A DNA stretch of 52,876 bases from Candidatus Krumholzibacteriota bacterium (lineage in GTDB: Bacteria > Krumholzibacteriota > Krumholzibacteriia > LZORAL124-64-63), in assembly GCA_039714075.1 (NCBI GenBank), contig JBDLKA010000013.1, positions 1-52,876 of the forward strand, read 5' to 3'. The first letter of the stretch is position 1, and every line of letters starts with the position of its first letter. A program made the position numbers and the translations under genes. Of this stretch, positions 23,096-32,174 are shown piece by piece. The notes beneath the pieces were generated by a model. It was not told the origin of the DNA. It did not search any database and saw nothing but the letters and a program-made list of their open reading frames with translations.

Positions 23096-24300
23096 TAGCT
23101 GGGCCGATTGCCCCCGTAGGAACCGGCCCGGCTCAACATTTCCGCCATGACTTCCCACTCCGTGGTAGCCGTCCCGGCCGTATTCGCGGCCATGGACCCG
23201 GACCGGTTTTCGGCCTGGACCAGGGCTCTGTAGGACGAATAATTCCCATCCAGTTCGCTGCGCAGCCGGGCTGCCTCTTCGGTCCGTCCCAGTTCCTCGC
23301 ACAATTCCATGGCCCGAATCGCATACTGGGAAGGCGCAGGGTCGAGCCGGTGGGCGCCCTGGGCCAGTTTCAGGGGAATGAGCCGGAATCCGTTTTCCTG
23401 CAGAACGACGCTGCCGCCGTCCATGTGCACGGCCATGGTGGAGGGATCCCAGACCACGAGCATCCCCAGGAGGGTGCACAACAAGGCTGCCGAGTACCAG
23501 TCTCCGCGCATCCGGTGCCGAATGCCCGGCTCGCCCATCATCTGACGGGCGCCTTCGAGCGCCTGGGCGATCCAGCCGATCACACCTGCCAGCAGGATTC
23601 CGGCGGCCAGCATGAATATGATTTCCATGGTCATCGGATTCATTGATCCCGGCCCCGCCGCCTGGTTGCTGGCCCAGATTCCCGGGCCTCCGGCCAGAAT
23701 CATCGCCGCACCGACGATCACCCAGCCCGTCCAGATCACCGCGGCGCCCCGCTTGGCACATCCCGCCATGAGGAGGCCCAGCCCGGGGGCGACCAGTCCG
23801 GTCACGCCCACGGCCCAGGACTTGCGAAAAATCGAGGGCAACCGGTACTGGGGTTGCCGCTCTCCCTGAACGACCAGTTGCGCGGCACGAGCCCAGATGG
23901 AGGAGGCGGTCACCATGACGACGGCCCCAGTCAGAGCCCAGGGCCACAGGGGCCAACCATTGGCGATCAGGTCTAGGATGAGGCCGCGCCCGGCGAACAA
24001 CCCCAGTCCGGCCATGCCGCTGATCAGGCCGGCGAACATCAGACCCTTGCTCCTCCGGTTTCCGGGGTTCAGATGGACGGAAAACGGCCCCAGCAGATAA
24101 GTGAGAAGAATCAGGGGAGCAAATTGCAATTCGCCGCGGGGCGCTTTGCTTTCCCTGGTTGTCCTGGGCTTGGCGGCTTTTTTGGGCGACTTTGCCTTGG
24201 GTGCACCGGCCGCAGTAGTGGCTCGTGGTTCCCTCTGGGGGTTCGTCGGTCCGAGATCTTCCCCCAATTCGATCGAATAAATTTTTTCGTTGTCATACAT
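23083..24300 (-). CDS. Multi-pass membrane protein with short C-terminal TPR-like segment, function unknown
   Basis: 405 aa; K/P/A-rich N-terminus, several hydrophobic segments, C-terminal AMELCEELGRTEEA; RBS GAGGA; 13-bp convergent overlap with glgP. Confidence 0.65.
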   Translation of the reverse strand: MYDNEKIYSIELGEDLGPTNPQREPRATTAAGAPKAKSPKKAAKPRTTRESKAPRGELQFAPLILLTYLLGPFSVHLNPGNRRSKGLMFAGLISGMAGLGLFAGRGLILDLIANGWPLWPWALTGAVVMVTASSIWARAAQLVVQGERQPQYRLPSIFRKSWAVGVTGLVAPGLGLLMAGCAKRGAAVIWTGWVIVGAAMILAGGPGIWASNQAAGPGSMNPMTMEIIFMLAAGILLAGVIGWIAQALEGARQMMGEPGIRHRMRGDWYSAALLCTLLGMLVVWDPSTMAVHMDGGSVVLQENGFRLIPLKLAQGAHRLDPAPSQYAIRAMELCEELGRTEEAARLRSELDGNYSSYRALVQAENRSGSMAANTAGTATTEWEVMAEMLSRAGSYGGNRPSYQAR

Positions 24301-24392
24301 GGCTATGTCCTCAGGGTCTTAAATTGCATGTTTCAGCTGTGTTTTTTCATCCCAAGCTGTTCCATCGCCATATCTTGCAATTAGTATTCCTG

Positions 24393-24749
24393 TTATTTCG
24401 ACGGACCCAGACCGGGAACGATTCCCTGCAGATCCGCCACGTATTGCTTGAAGAGTTTTCTACCGGCGGGCGTGACCCGGACCAGGGTCCGGGGTTTTTT
24501 GCCTTCGAAGGTTTTTTCGATGCTGACGACCCCTCCCTCCTCCAGCTTGCTCAGGTGCACCGAGAGGGTGCCGTCGGTCAGACCGAGGCCGTCGCGCAGG
24601 GCGGTAAAGAGGTGGGCTTTCCTGGTGCGCAGCAAAAAGGACAGGATCAGCAATCTGACCCTGCCGTGAATCAGTGGCGATAAGGGAGCCCGGGTCCGGT
24701 TGCCCGGAGACCCAGGATCGGGATTGCCCGAATGTTCGGTACCCGCCAC
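24393..24749 (-). CDS. Winged-helix transcriptional regulator (HTH_34 / ArsR-MarR-like)
   Basis: LIHGRVRLLILSFL..FTALRDGLGLTDGTLSVHLSKLEEGG.V...KTFEGKKPRT....T.AGR; GTG start behind AAGGAG. Confidence 0.88.
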   Translation of the reverse strand: MAGTEHSGNPDPGSPGNRTRAPLSPLIHGRVRLLILSFLLRTRKAHLFTALRDGLGLTDGTLSVHLSKLEEGGVVSIEKTFEGKKPRTLVRVTPAGRKLFKQYVADLQGIVPGLGPSK

Positions 24750-25227
24750 GACTTCCGGCCTCCTTGCCGGGCGTCATCGCCTCCACTGCGTCCCTCGGCC
24801 ACATCCTTGTGGCCACACGGTGCGAAGTGGCTTCGCTGTGCAGGGACCGGTCGTCCCGGGTTCGAACCCTGAAGTCCCGGTCCCTGTGTCTCAGGAAAGG
24901 CCGCCCTGCCTTTCCTGAAGCGGGTCTGTCTAATGGCCGTGGCCTCCGCCCGCCAGTCGAACTCCCTCGAATCCTTTCGAGTGAAGTTGGCTGACGAGGG
25001 GGCGGCTGGCACCCAGGACCAGTGATCCGCCCCCCGTTTGCCGTTCGGAGATCCTTCTCCGGCCCCATGCGGGGGTCCTTGGCCTAAGCCAATGCTCCGT
25101 CGGGACCCGGCGAAACCATTTCGACAAACCAAACCCGGAATACCAATAATCCCCTCCGGGTCGTTTTTGCGGTGGTCCTTCGTCGCCGGAAATCCTTTCC
25201 GGCCAGGAGGTCCAATGACCAGCCGCA
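24750..25227 (-). ncRNA. Candidate CsrB/Rsm-like structured RNA or long structured 5' leader with multiple AAGGA-loop hairpins
   Basis: About ten consecutive GC-rich stems read by eye; AAGGA(U/G)-loop hairpins at 25185-25203, 25046-25061, 24966-24981, 24797-24814 and 24755-24770; promoter directly upstream; no convincing protein. Confidence 0.65.
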
Positions 25228-25249
25228 GTACTTTAATATTCCAAGTACT
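25227..25249. promoter_or_regulatory. Palindromic operator overlapping the -10 element
   Basis: AGTACTT-taatattcc-AAGTACT inverted repeat. Confidence 0.6.
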
Positions 25250-25261
25250 TTTAAATTTCAA
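25233..25261 (-). promoter_or_regulatory. Sigma70 promoter driving the structured RNA and wHTH gene
   Basis: TTGAAA (25261-25256), 17 bp, TATTAA (25238-25233); predicted +1 near 25226, at the first base pairs of the first RNA stem. Confidence 0.7.
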
Positions 25262-25457
25262 GTAGAAAAAACAATTATTTCAAAGTTTTTTTACGGTTGG
25301 ATAAATGGTCTCGCGGATGGGCAAATTAACTGTCGCAAACGGGGCTTCAGGGCTGGACTTGGAGTCCGGCGGAGTTATCTTGGTCCGGACAGATTCAAGC
25401 GGGCGAACCCTCCCGCAGAACCACCAGTAAGCGAAGAAACCCACGAAGGAGGTTGCC

Positions 25458-26654
25458 ATGAAGGCGGATAAGCTCATCAGGATCGAGGACCAGTACGGGG
25501 CCGACAATTACCATCCCCTGGACATTGTCATCAAGAAGGCCGAAGGAGTCTGGGTCGAAGACGTCGAGGGCAACCGGTTCATGGACTTCCTGGCCGCCTA
25601 CAGCGCCGTGAACCAGGGCCACTGCCATCCCCGGCTGCTGAAGGCCCTGCGCCGCCAGGCCGCCAAGGTCACCCTGACCAGCCGCGCCTTCCGCAACGAC
25701 CAGCTGCCGTTCTTCTGCCAGGAAGTCTGCGAGCTGACCGGTTACGAGAAGGTTCTGCCCATGAATTCGGGCGCCGAGGCCGTCGAGACCGCCATCAAGG
25801 CCGCGCGCAAGTGGGGCGAGAAGATCAAGGGCATCAGGAAGAACAAGGCCGAGATCATCGTCTGCGCCGACAACTTCCACGGACGCACCACGACCATCGT
25901 CGGTTTTTCCACCGAGGCCCAGTACCAGGACGGTTTCGGGCCCTTCACCCCCGGGTTCAAGATCATCCCCTTCGGTGACGCCAAAGCTCTCGAGAAGGCC
26001 ATCAACAAGAACACGGCGGCCTTCATGGTCGAGCCCGTGCAGGGCGAAGCCGGCATCAACGTGCCGCCCAAGGGATTCTTGAAGAAGGCCGCGGCGCTGT
26101 GCAAGAAGAACAACGTGCTGTTCATCGCCGACGAGATCCAGTCGGGTCTGGGCCGCACCGGCAAGATGTTCGCCTTCGAGCACGAAGGCGTGCGGCCGGA
26201 CGGCGTGATCATCGGTAAGGCTTTGAGCGGCGGGTTCTACCCCGTGTCGGCCTTCCTGTCGAACGAGAAAGTCATGAGCGTCTTCAAACCGGGCGACCAC
26301 GGTTCGACCTTCGGCGGCAACCCGCTGGGCATGGCCGTCGCGCGCGAGGCCCTCAAGGTGCTGACCGAGGAAAAACTGGTCCAGAACAGCGCCAAGCTGG
26401 GTCCCTGGTTCATGGGCGAACTCAAGGCCATGAAGTACAAGAGCATCAAGAAGGTGCGCGGCCAGGGGCTGTTCATCGGGCTGGTGCTCGATCGTCCGGC
26501 GCGGCCCTACTGCGAGGCTTTGATGGCCGAGGGGATGCTGTGCAAGGAGACCCACGAGAACGTGATCCGGTTCGCGCCGCCGCTGACGGTTTCGAAGAAG
26601 GAACTGAACATGGCGTTGCGGAAGATCAACAAGGTGTTCAAGATGCTGGGTTGA
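25458..26654 (+). CDS. rocD: Ornithine--oxo-acid aminotransferase
   Basis: YGADNYHPL, DFLAAYSAVNQGHCHP, LTSRAF, PMNSGAEAVETAIK, DEIQSGLGRTG, GKALSGG, HGSTFGGNPL; RBS AAGGAGG. Confidence 0.95.
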   Translation: MKADKLIRIEDQYGADNYHPLDIVIKKAEGVWVEDVEGNRFMDFLAAYSAVNQGHCHPRLLKALRRQAAKVTLTSRAFRNDQLPFFCQEVCELTGYEKVLPMNSGAEAVETAIKAARKWGEKIKGIRKNKAEIIVCADNFHGRTTTIVGFSTEAQYQDGFGPFTPGFKIIPFGDAKALEKAINKNTAAFMVEPVQGEAGINVPPKGFLKKAAALCKKNNVLFIADEIQSGLGRTGKMFAFEHEGVRPDGVIIGKALSGGFYPVSAFLSNEKVMSVFKPGDHGSTFGGNPLGMAVAREALKVLTEEKLVQNSAKLGPWFMGELKAMKYKSIKKVRGQGLFIGLVLDRPARPYCEALMAEGMLCKETHENVIRFAPPLTVSKKELNMALRKINKVFKMLG

Positions 26655-26709
26655 GTCGGATCATTTCCGAGTGATCTAGGGAAGGCCCGGGGCCGAATGG
26701 TTCCGGGCC
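26636..26709 (+). repeat. Direct repeat copy 1 (rocD 3' end plus terminator)
   Basis: 26658-26709 matches 32441-32492 at 50 of 52 positions; includes hairpin GGCCCGGGGCC-gaat-GGTTCCGGGCC followed by aatttttt. Confidence 0.9.
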
Positions 26710-26925
26710 AATTTTTTAACCTACGGTATTTCCTTCCGATGGAATTTATGGAATGGATACCGGTTCAGTTTGACATTGGCTTATCGATAGGTCAGAATCA
26801 ATCTGTTAGTCATTTGGCTGGTTTGTGTTACGAAAATATTTCATGAAATTCGGGCCGCAGGATCGCCCCCTCGCCTGCACGCCGGAAATTCACAGGTGGA
26901 CTGAACGCCTATTCGGGGAGGCAAC

Positions 26926-29352
26926 ATGGGCATACTGGCACCAGGCGGTCAACGCTGGCCCCGATTCGCCAGGAGTACTTCCCACTGGTTGCACATCGCC
27001 TTCGCGATTACGGCCCTCGGATTGTACATCCTGGGCGGGATGGCCCATTCCAAGGTGTCGGGACTGCCACCGGATTTCCAGCTGGATCAACTCACTTACC
27101 CCCTTGCGGTCGGACAATACACGGTCAACAGCGAGCCCGAACTTCTCGCCCGGGTCGCCGGTGAACCCGTCGGGTCTCCCCTATTGCTGCGCAGCACCGA
27201 TAGCGCCACCAACGTCATGGTCATCACCCAGAAACTCTATACATCCTTCCACGATGTAATCATCATGATCAATGGCCTATTCTTCCTGGCGGTCTCCCTG
27301 ATCGTGTTTGCGCCCAGGATTGAGAAGGTCCCCGCCCGCGACCTTTTCTGGGCCTGTTTACTTTATGGCCTGGCCATCATGATCGGCGACATCCACCAGC
27401 CCCAGGGCGAGGTGTGGCCCGGAGCCCTGGTGCCGCTGACCCGCATCGTGGCCCTGGTGTTTCTGCCGACCTTGATGCTCCACGTGGGGCTGAGTTTTCC
27501 ACCACGGACCTCCATCTTCGACCGCTTACCGTGGTTTGTGCCTACCGTCATGATCATCGGATTTGCCGTGGCGGGATGGCAGTTCTGGGCCTGGGCGCAG
27601 TGGTTCGAGGGTGTGGGCGACTGGGGCACAATCGACATCCCACGCCGTGCCGGTGCCCTTTATCTGGCCCTTTTTGTCGGTTCGGGCTACGTGGGCATGA
27701 TCTACGGCTACCAACACTCGGAACAGGAACGCCAGCGCGAACAGGCGAAATGGCTGCTCTGGGGAATCTCCATGGGTTCGGTGCCGTTTGTTTTCCTGCA
27801 CGCCCTTCCTTTGGCGCTCGGCCACACCCCGCTTCTTCCCATCGAGATCACGCGTCTGTTCTCGATCGTGATCCCCATCTCCATGAGTTTCGTGGTGATC
27901 CGCCACAGATTTCTCGACGTCGACATCATCATCCGGCGCAGTCTGCTATATGTGCTTCTGGCCAGCATGATGGTGGGGATCTACGCGGTGATCGGGATCT
28001 TAATCGGCCACCGGGTCGAGGAGCGGTGGCCTGAAACCGGTCCCTTTGTTCCGATCGTGGCCACCATTGTCGCCGCCACACTGTTTACCCCGACGCGATT
28101 GGGGTTCGCCCAGATGATCGACCGGGTCTTTTTCAAGATCCGTTACAATCATGCCCAGGCTCTCGACGTGTTCAGGGGAGAACTCCGGGGATCCGAAAAC
28201 CAACAGCAGATAGTCGACAGCCTCGCCGCGTTTCTCGTCAATCATTTGGGACCAGATGTTAGCTCCGTGGTTCTGCATCACGAAGACCAGCATTTCCGTG
28301 CCGGCAAGGAGATGAATGACGCCCCCCCCAGTCCATTGTTTCCGAACGGCGTACTGATCATGGCGCTGCCGGGCAGCACGGCCCGTCCAGGTATCGAAAC
28401 TGACGGATTTCCTGCACATTGGAGGGATGAAAACTTTGTCCTGGCACATTCGATCGAGGCGGATGGCAATCATTTTGGTCATCTGACAATAGGGGAAAAA
28501 AGCACCAGACGCAGCTATGTGGCTGAAGACCTCGATCTGCTGGCCGCCGCCTCACGGGAGGCCGCCATATGTGTGCATCGCATGAACCTGAAACAGGATT
28601 TTGTCGATGAGGTCGTCGCCCGACACCAGGTAGAAGAAATGAACCGGTTCCGTACCCAATTCTTTGCGCAATTCGCACATGATTTGCGCAGTCCGCTGAC
28701 CTCGATCAACTGGGCGGCGCAAAATCTGCTGGACGGCGTGGTGGGGGAAGTCAGCCCCCCTCAGGTGACCTACCTGCAGGGCATCGAAACCTCGGCTCGC
28801 CAACTCGTGCGCCTGGTCAACAACCTGCTCGAGGCCACGCGGCTTGAGTCCGGAATGCCGGAAATCGAATTCTCCGAGGTGGATCTTTCAGTAACGGTGA
28901 AGGAGTCGGTCTCGAAACTAAGGGTCACCGCCGAGACCAAGAACATCATGCTGGAGATCCAGTCCCCGGAGGTTACAACGGTTTTCGGAAACGAGGAAAA
29001 ACTTCTCGAAGTGATCGACAACCTGATCGAAAACGCGATCCGTTACGCCCCGCCGGAAACCCGGATCGATATCACAATCTCCACGACAGGGAATCAAACA
29101 CGGTTTGTAGTCGAGGACCGGGGGCCGGGACTCGATCCGCTGGACCTGGATGCCATCTTCGAGCCCTATCGTCAAGGTGCGGCGAGCCCCCATTCCACCC
29201 AGCAGGGATTCGGCCTCGGACTCTTTGTCGTCAGGAGCTGGGTGGAGCGGATGGGCGGCGAAGTCCAGGCCGACAACCGCGAAGGCGGCGGCGCCATTTT
29301 CACTATTGATCTCCCCACCAGGGAAACGGATGAACCCCAGGAGACCTCATGA
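26926..29352 (+). CDS. Multi-TM sensor histidine kinase
   Basis: Many TM segments, GAF-like region, H-box FAHDLRSPLT, NLIENAIRY, DRGPG, GFGLGL. Confidence 0.92.
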   Translation: MGILAPGGQRWPRFARSTSHWLHIAFAITALGLYILGGMAHSKVSGLPPDFQLDQLTYPLAVGQYTVNSEPELLARVAGEPVGSPLLLRSTDSATNVMVITQKLYTSFHDVIIMINGLFFLAVSLIVFAPRIEKVPARDLFWACLLYGLAIMIGDIHQPQGEVWPGALVPLTRIVALVFLPTLMLHVGLSFPPRTSIFDRLPWFVPTVMIIGFAVAGWQFWAWAQWFEGVGDWGTIDIPRRAGALYLALFVGSGYVGMIYGYQHSEQERQREQAKWLLWGISMGSVPFVFLHALPLALGHTPLLPIEITRLFSIVIPISMSFVVIRHRFLDVDIIIRRSLLYVLLASMMVGIYAVIGILIGHRVEERWPETGPFVPIVATIVAATLFTPTRLGFAQMIDRVFFKIRYNHAQALDVFRGELRGSENQQQIVDSLAAFLVNHLGPDVSSVVLHHEDQHFRAGKEMNDAPPSPLFPNGVLIMALPGSTARPGIETDGFPAHWRDENFVLAHSIEADGNHFGHLTIGEKSTRRSYVAEDLDLLAAASREAAICVHRMNLKQDFVDEVVARHQVEEMNRFRTQFFAQFAHDLRSPLTSINWAAQNLLDGVVGEVSPPQVTYLQGIETSARQLVRLVNNLLEATRLESGMPEIEFSEVDLSVTVKESVSKLRVTAETKNIMLEIQSPEVTTVFGNEEKLLEVIDNLIENAIRYAPPETRIDITISTTGNQTRFVVEDRGPGLDPLDLDAIFEPYRQGAASPHSTQQGFGLGLFVVRSWVERMGGEVQADNREGGGAIFTIDLPTRETDEPQETS

Positions 29353-30737
29353 CCAGCCTGAATGCCCGCATCCTTATCGTCGACGACGAACCTATGCTGC
29401 GCCGTACTATGAGTGACCGCATGAAGTTCTGGGACTGCACCACCGAGGAGGCTTCGTCGGGCGAAGAAGCCCTCGAAATGCTCGGCCGGAAGTCCTACGA
29501 CCTGGTTCTTTTGGACATCAAAATGCCGGGAATCAGTGGGCTTGAGGTCCTGGCGGCAATGAGGGAGCGCAACGACATGACCGACGTCGTGGTTCTGACC
29601 GCCCACGCCTCGGTCGAGGCCGCCGTCGAAGCGATCCAGAACGGGGCGATTGATTTCCTCCTGAAACCCGCGGATTTCGAGTTGGTGAAAAATACCGTCA
29701 GTCGGGTGCTGAAATCCCGCCGCCTGGCCAGGGCCCACGACGCCTTGCGCGAGCAATACTCACTGAACGAACCTTTCGTGATCGGGGATTCCCCGGCCAT
29801 GAAGGCCTTGGTCGATGGCGCGGGGCGGGCTGCCCAGAGCAAGGCCACGATCCTCCTTCGCGGTGAGAGTGGATCGGGAAAGGGCGTGATCGCCGAATTC
29901 GTACACCGGGAAAGCAGTCGGAGCAAGGGCCCCTTCGTTTATGTGAACTGTGTCGCCCTCAGCGACGAATTGATCGAAAGTACCCTGTTCGGACATGAGC
30001 GAGGCGCTTTTACCGGCGCGGTGGCGCGTAAGACCGGGAGATTCGAAGCGGCGAATTCCGGAACCGCCTTCCTCGACGAGATCGGAGACATTTCGCCCCG
30101 TCTTCAGGCGAAGCTCCTGCATTTCCTCGAGACCGGGGAATTCGAACGCGTGGGTGGCACCCGCACCCTGTCCGTCGACTGCCGGATCGTCGCGGCGACA
30201 AACCGCGATCTCGAAGCGGCGGTCCGCGACGGCGGCTTCCGTGAGGACCTTCTCTACCGACTGAACGTGATCGGCCTGGAAGTGCCCCCACTCCGGGAAC
30301 GGGGCAAGGATATCTCGGCCCTCGCCGAATTCTTCCTCGCGCGTTTCGCTTCCGAACTCAAACGGCCGAATCTGAAGATCGCCCCGGAAACCCACGCCAT
30401 CATGCTCGCCTATTGCTGGCCCGGCAATGTGCGGCAAATGAAAAACGCCATGGAAAGAATGGTCGTGATGGCCCCTGGCAACGTGCTGACCCCGGATCTG
30501 CTGCCACCTGAGGTGTTTCGCGGAGAAGATCCCGCGGCTCCGCCGATATTCGACAATGACGGTCTGTTGCCCTTGCGCGAGGCCGAACTGGCCTTTCGGA
30601 AGCAGCACCTTCGTCGCGCCCTGGCCATGACCGACGGCAACCAGACCAAGGCCGCGGAGCTACTCGGAATCCAGCGCAGTTCGCTGAATCGTCAGATGAA
30701 AGAACTCTGCCTGCGGAATGAGGAGCCCGCGGACTGA
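29349..30737 (+). CDS. Sigma54-dependent response regulator (NtrC/AtoC family)
   Basis: REC (ILIVDDE, DIKMP), GESGSGK, GAFTGA, FLDEIG, FREDLLYRL, WPGNVRQ, C-terminal Fis-type HTH; ATGA overlap with the kinase. Confidence 0.95.
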   Translation: MTSLNARILIVDDEPMLRRTMSDRMKFWDCTTEEASSGEEALEMLGRKSYDLVLLDIKMPGISGLEVLAAMRERNDMTDVVVLTAHASVEAAVEAIQNGAIDFLLKPADFELVKNTVSRVLKSRRLARAHDALREQYSLNEPFVIGDSPAMKALVDGAGRAAQSKATILLRGESGSGKGVIAEFVHRESSRSKGPFVYVNCVALSDELIESTLFGHERGAFTGAVARKTGRFEAANSGTAFLDEIGDISPRLQAKLLHFLETGEFERVGGTRTLSVDCRIVAATNRDLEAAVRDGGFREDLLYRLNVIGLEVPPLRERGKDISALAEFFLARFASELKRPNLKIAPETHAIMLAYCWPGNVRQMKNAMERMVVMAPGNVLTPDLLPPEVFRGEDPAAPPIFDNDGLLPLREAELAFRKQHLRRALAMTDGNQTKAAELLGIQRSSLNRQMKELCLRNEEPAD

Positions 30738-30765
30738 ACATTCTTCAACCCAATCGATAAAAACC

Positions 30766-30792
30766 GGGGCCGCGTGGATTTCACGCGGCCCC
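30766..30792. terminator. Hairpin between convergent genes, probable terminator
   Basis: GGGGCCGCGTG-gattt-CACGCGGCCCC with an A-tract on the left (T-tract on the minus strand). Confidence 0.7.
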
Positions 30793-30819
30793 TTCGGATC
30801 TCCCTCCTGATTTCCGAAC

Positions 30820-32070
30820 CTAGTGTGACAGAGCCATGGTCCCACCGGCCAAGGCTTTGACTCGCAGGTCCATCAGAGCCTCCGCCGCCTCGTCCGCCGC
30901 TTCATTCGCGGGGAAGTCGGTATGGGCGTTGCGCTCCATTACGCGCAGCTCCAGATTGTGGCTGTAACCCGCGGCGGCGACCTTGGCCGCGTAGAGCCCC
31001 TCATGGAACAGGGGCACCACAGGATCATGCCGGTTGTGTACGGCAATCATGGGGACCGTCAACTGTCCACTGGGTTCGTAGTAACGGTCAAACAACTCGT
31101 CGGTTGGGATCGAGCGGTCGAAACGCTGCACGTACGCGTTGATCATAGCCAGCAAATCGGGCGGCAACAGTCCGGTGTCGGCTGCAACGTACTCCGTATC
31201 GAAGTTGTCGACCGGGCAGGCGCCATTCGTGCGCTCGAGGACATCCTGGAAACCGCGGAAATTGAAAGCCAGCGCGGTCACCAGTGATTCCACAAGCTCA
31301 TTGGCGTTACGGCCAGGCAGCGGTGTCTGTTTGATCCTGCTGATGGCCCCAAGGCCGGTCGGATCCGCCGTAACCGCCATGATAACAGGCATGATTACGT
31401 CATTGTAGATGTCAAAGTCCTCGGGTACATCGATCACTGTTCCGGACAGGACCCCAGGGTAAAAGAAATCAAACAAAACCCGAACATGGGCCACATAATC
31501 CAACTCGGCTTTGGTTCCACCGACCATCCCGTTCAGCGTCACGATGCCGTCGTAATCACGGGCATGCGTCTCGGTGAGTTCAACGCCGATCAACCCGCCC
31601 AGGCTGTTGCCCATGAGCCAGGTATGGCTCGGCGTGGTCTTCACCGAAGAAACAAACAGGTACTGGAGCTGCCGGGTGGCCCAGGCACCGTCCTTGACGG
31701 CCAGACCGTTCTCCCGGTAACTGCAGTAGGCCCACGCAAAGCCCATCTCCACGATCCGGTCGCGAATCTCCGGGGCGTTGTCCTTCTCGGGCAGGACCAG
31801 AGGCTCACCGGAATCAACGAAGCCGTGGGCATAGACAACCAACTCTCCGTTCCAGTCATCGGGAACCAGGATGGCGTACAGGTTTTCGCCGCCGATAACG
31901 CCCTCATAGCTGGTGACACCATCCCCCTGGACAACACTGGTCTGCTTGGCCGTGACCTCTCCGTCGAATGTGCTTTCGACCGGGCCGGTAATGTCTTCGC
32001 TGCAACCTGCGAGAGCGAAGAGAAAAATAGCGAAGGTGCACAGCAAAATGTTTCGCATGTCAGTTCTCAT
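30820..32070 (-). CDS. Alpha/beta-hydrolase-fold lipoprotein
   Basis: ATG 32070 behind AAGGAG; lipobox LAGC; HGF oxyanion loop, GNSLGG nucleophile elbow, D (HDPVVP) and H (AHTDF). Confidence 0.8.
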   Translation of the reverse strand: MRTDMRNILLCTFAIFLFALAGCSEDITGPVESTFDGEVTAKQTSVVQGDGVTSYEGVIGGENLYAILVPDDWNGELVVYAHGFVDSGEPLVLPEKDNAPEIRDRIVEMGFAWAYCSYRENGLAVKDGAWATRQLQYLFVSSVKTTPSHTWLMGNSLGGLIGVELTETHARDYDGIVTLNGMVGGTKAELDYVAHVRVLFDFFYPGVLSGTVIDVPEDFDIYNDVIMPVIMAVTADPTGLGAISRIKQTPLPGRNANELVESLVTALAFNFRGFQDVLERTNGACPVDNFDTEYVAADTGLLPPDLLAMINAYVQRFDRSIPTDELFDRYYEPSGQLTVPMIAVHNRHDPVVPLFHEGLYAAKVAAAGYSHNLELRVMERNAHTDFPANEAADEAAEALMDLRVKALAGGTMALSH

Positions 32071-32157
32071 GGTATTGACTCCTTGTTTTGGCCATGAGGC
32101 CGTTCTGTCGGGCGAGGACTGAATTGCGAGGTTCTTATCCCCCGTTGACCCTGTTAA

Positions 32158-32174
32158 CCCAAGGAATGCGCCAG
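32158..32174 (-). promoter_or_regulatory. Putative sigma54 -24/-12 promoter for the hydrolase
   Basis: CTGGCGC-ATTCC-TTGG (GG-N10-GG; consensus GG-N10-GC) about 90 nt upstream of the ATG. Confidence 0.5.

Noticed and set aside
24841..24886. GGGTTCGAACCC T-arm-like motif suggesting tRNA, tmRNA, 6S or RNase P RNA
   Set aside because: No cloverleaf, acceptor stem or CCA end; no tmRNA termini or RNase P conserved boxes; multi-hairpin rather than the 6S rod. Treated as one stem of the larger RNA.
24755..25203. Recurring hairpins as a CRISPR array
   Set aside because: Only the loops recur; stems differ in sequence and spacing is irregular; no cas genes in the window.
24671..25261. 196-aa minus-strand ORF, and short plus-strand ORFs, across the structured region
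   Set aside because: The start codon is the TTG of the -35 box with no RBS, the composition is low-complexity G/R/P, and it overlaps the wHTH gene out of frame. The dense hairpin pattern explains the region better.
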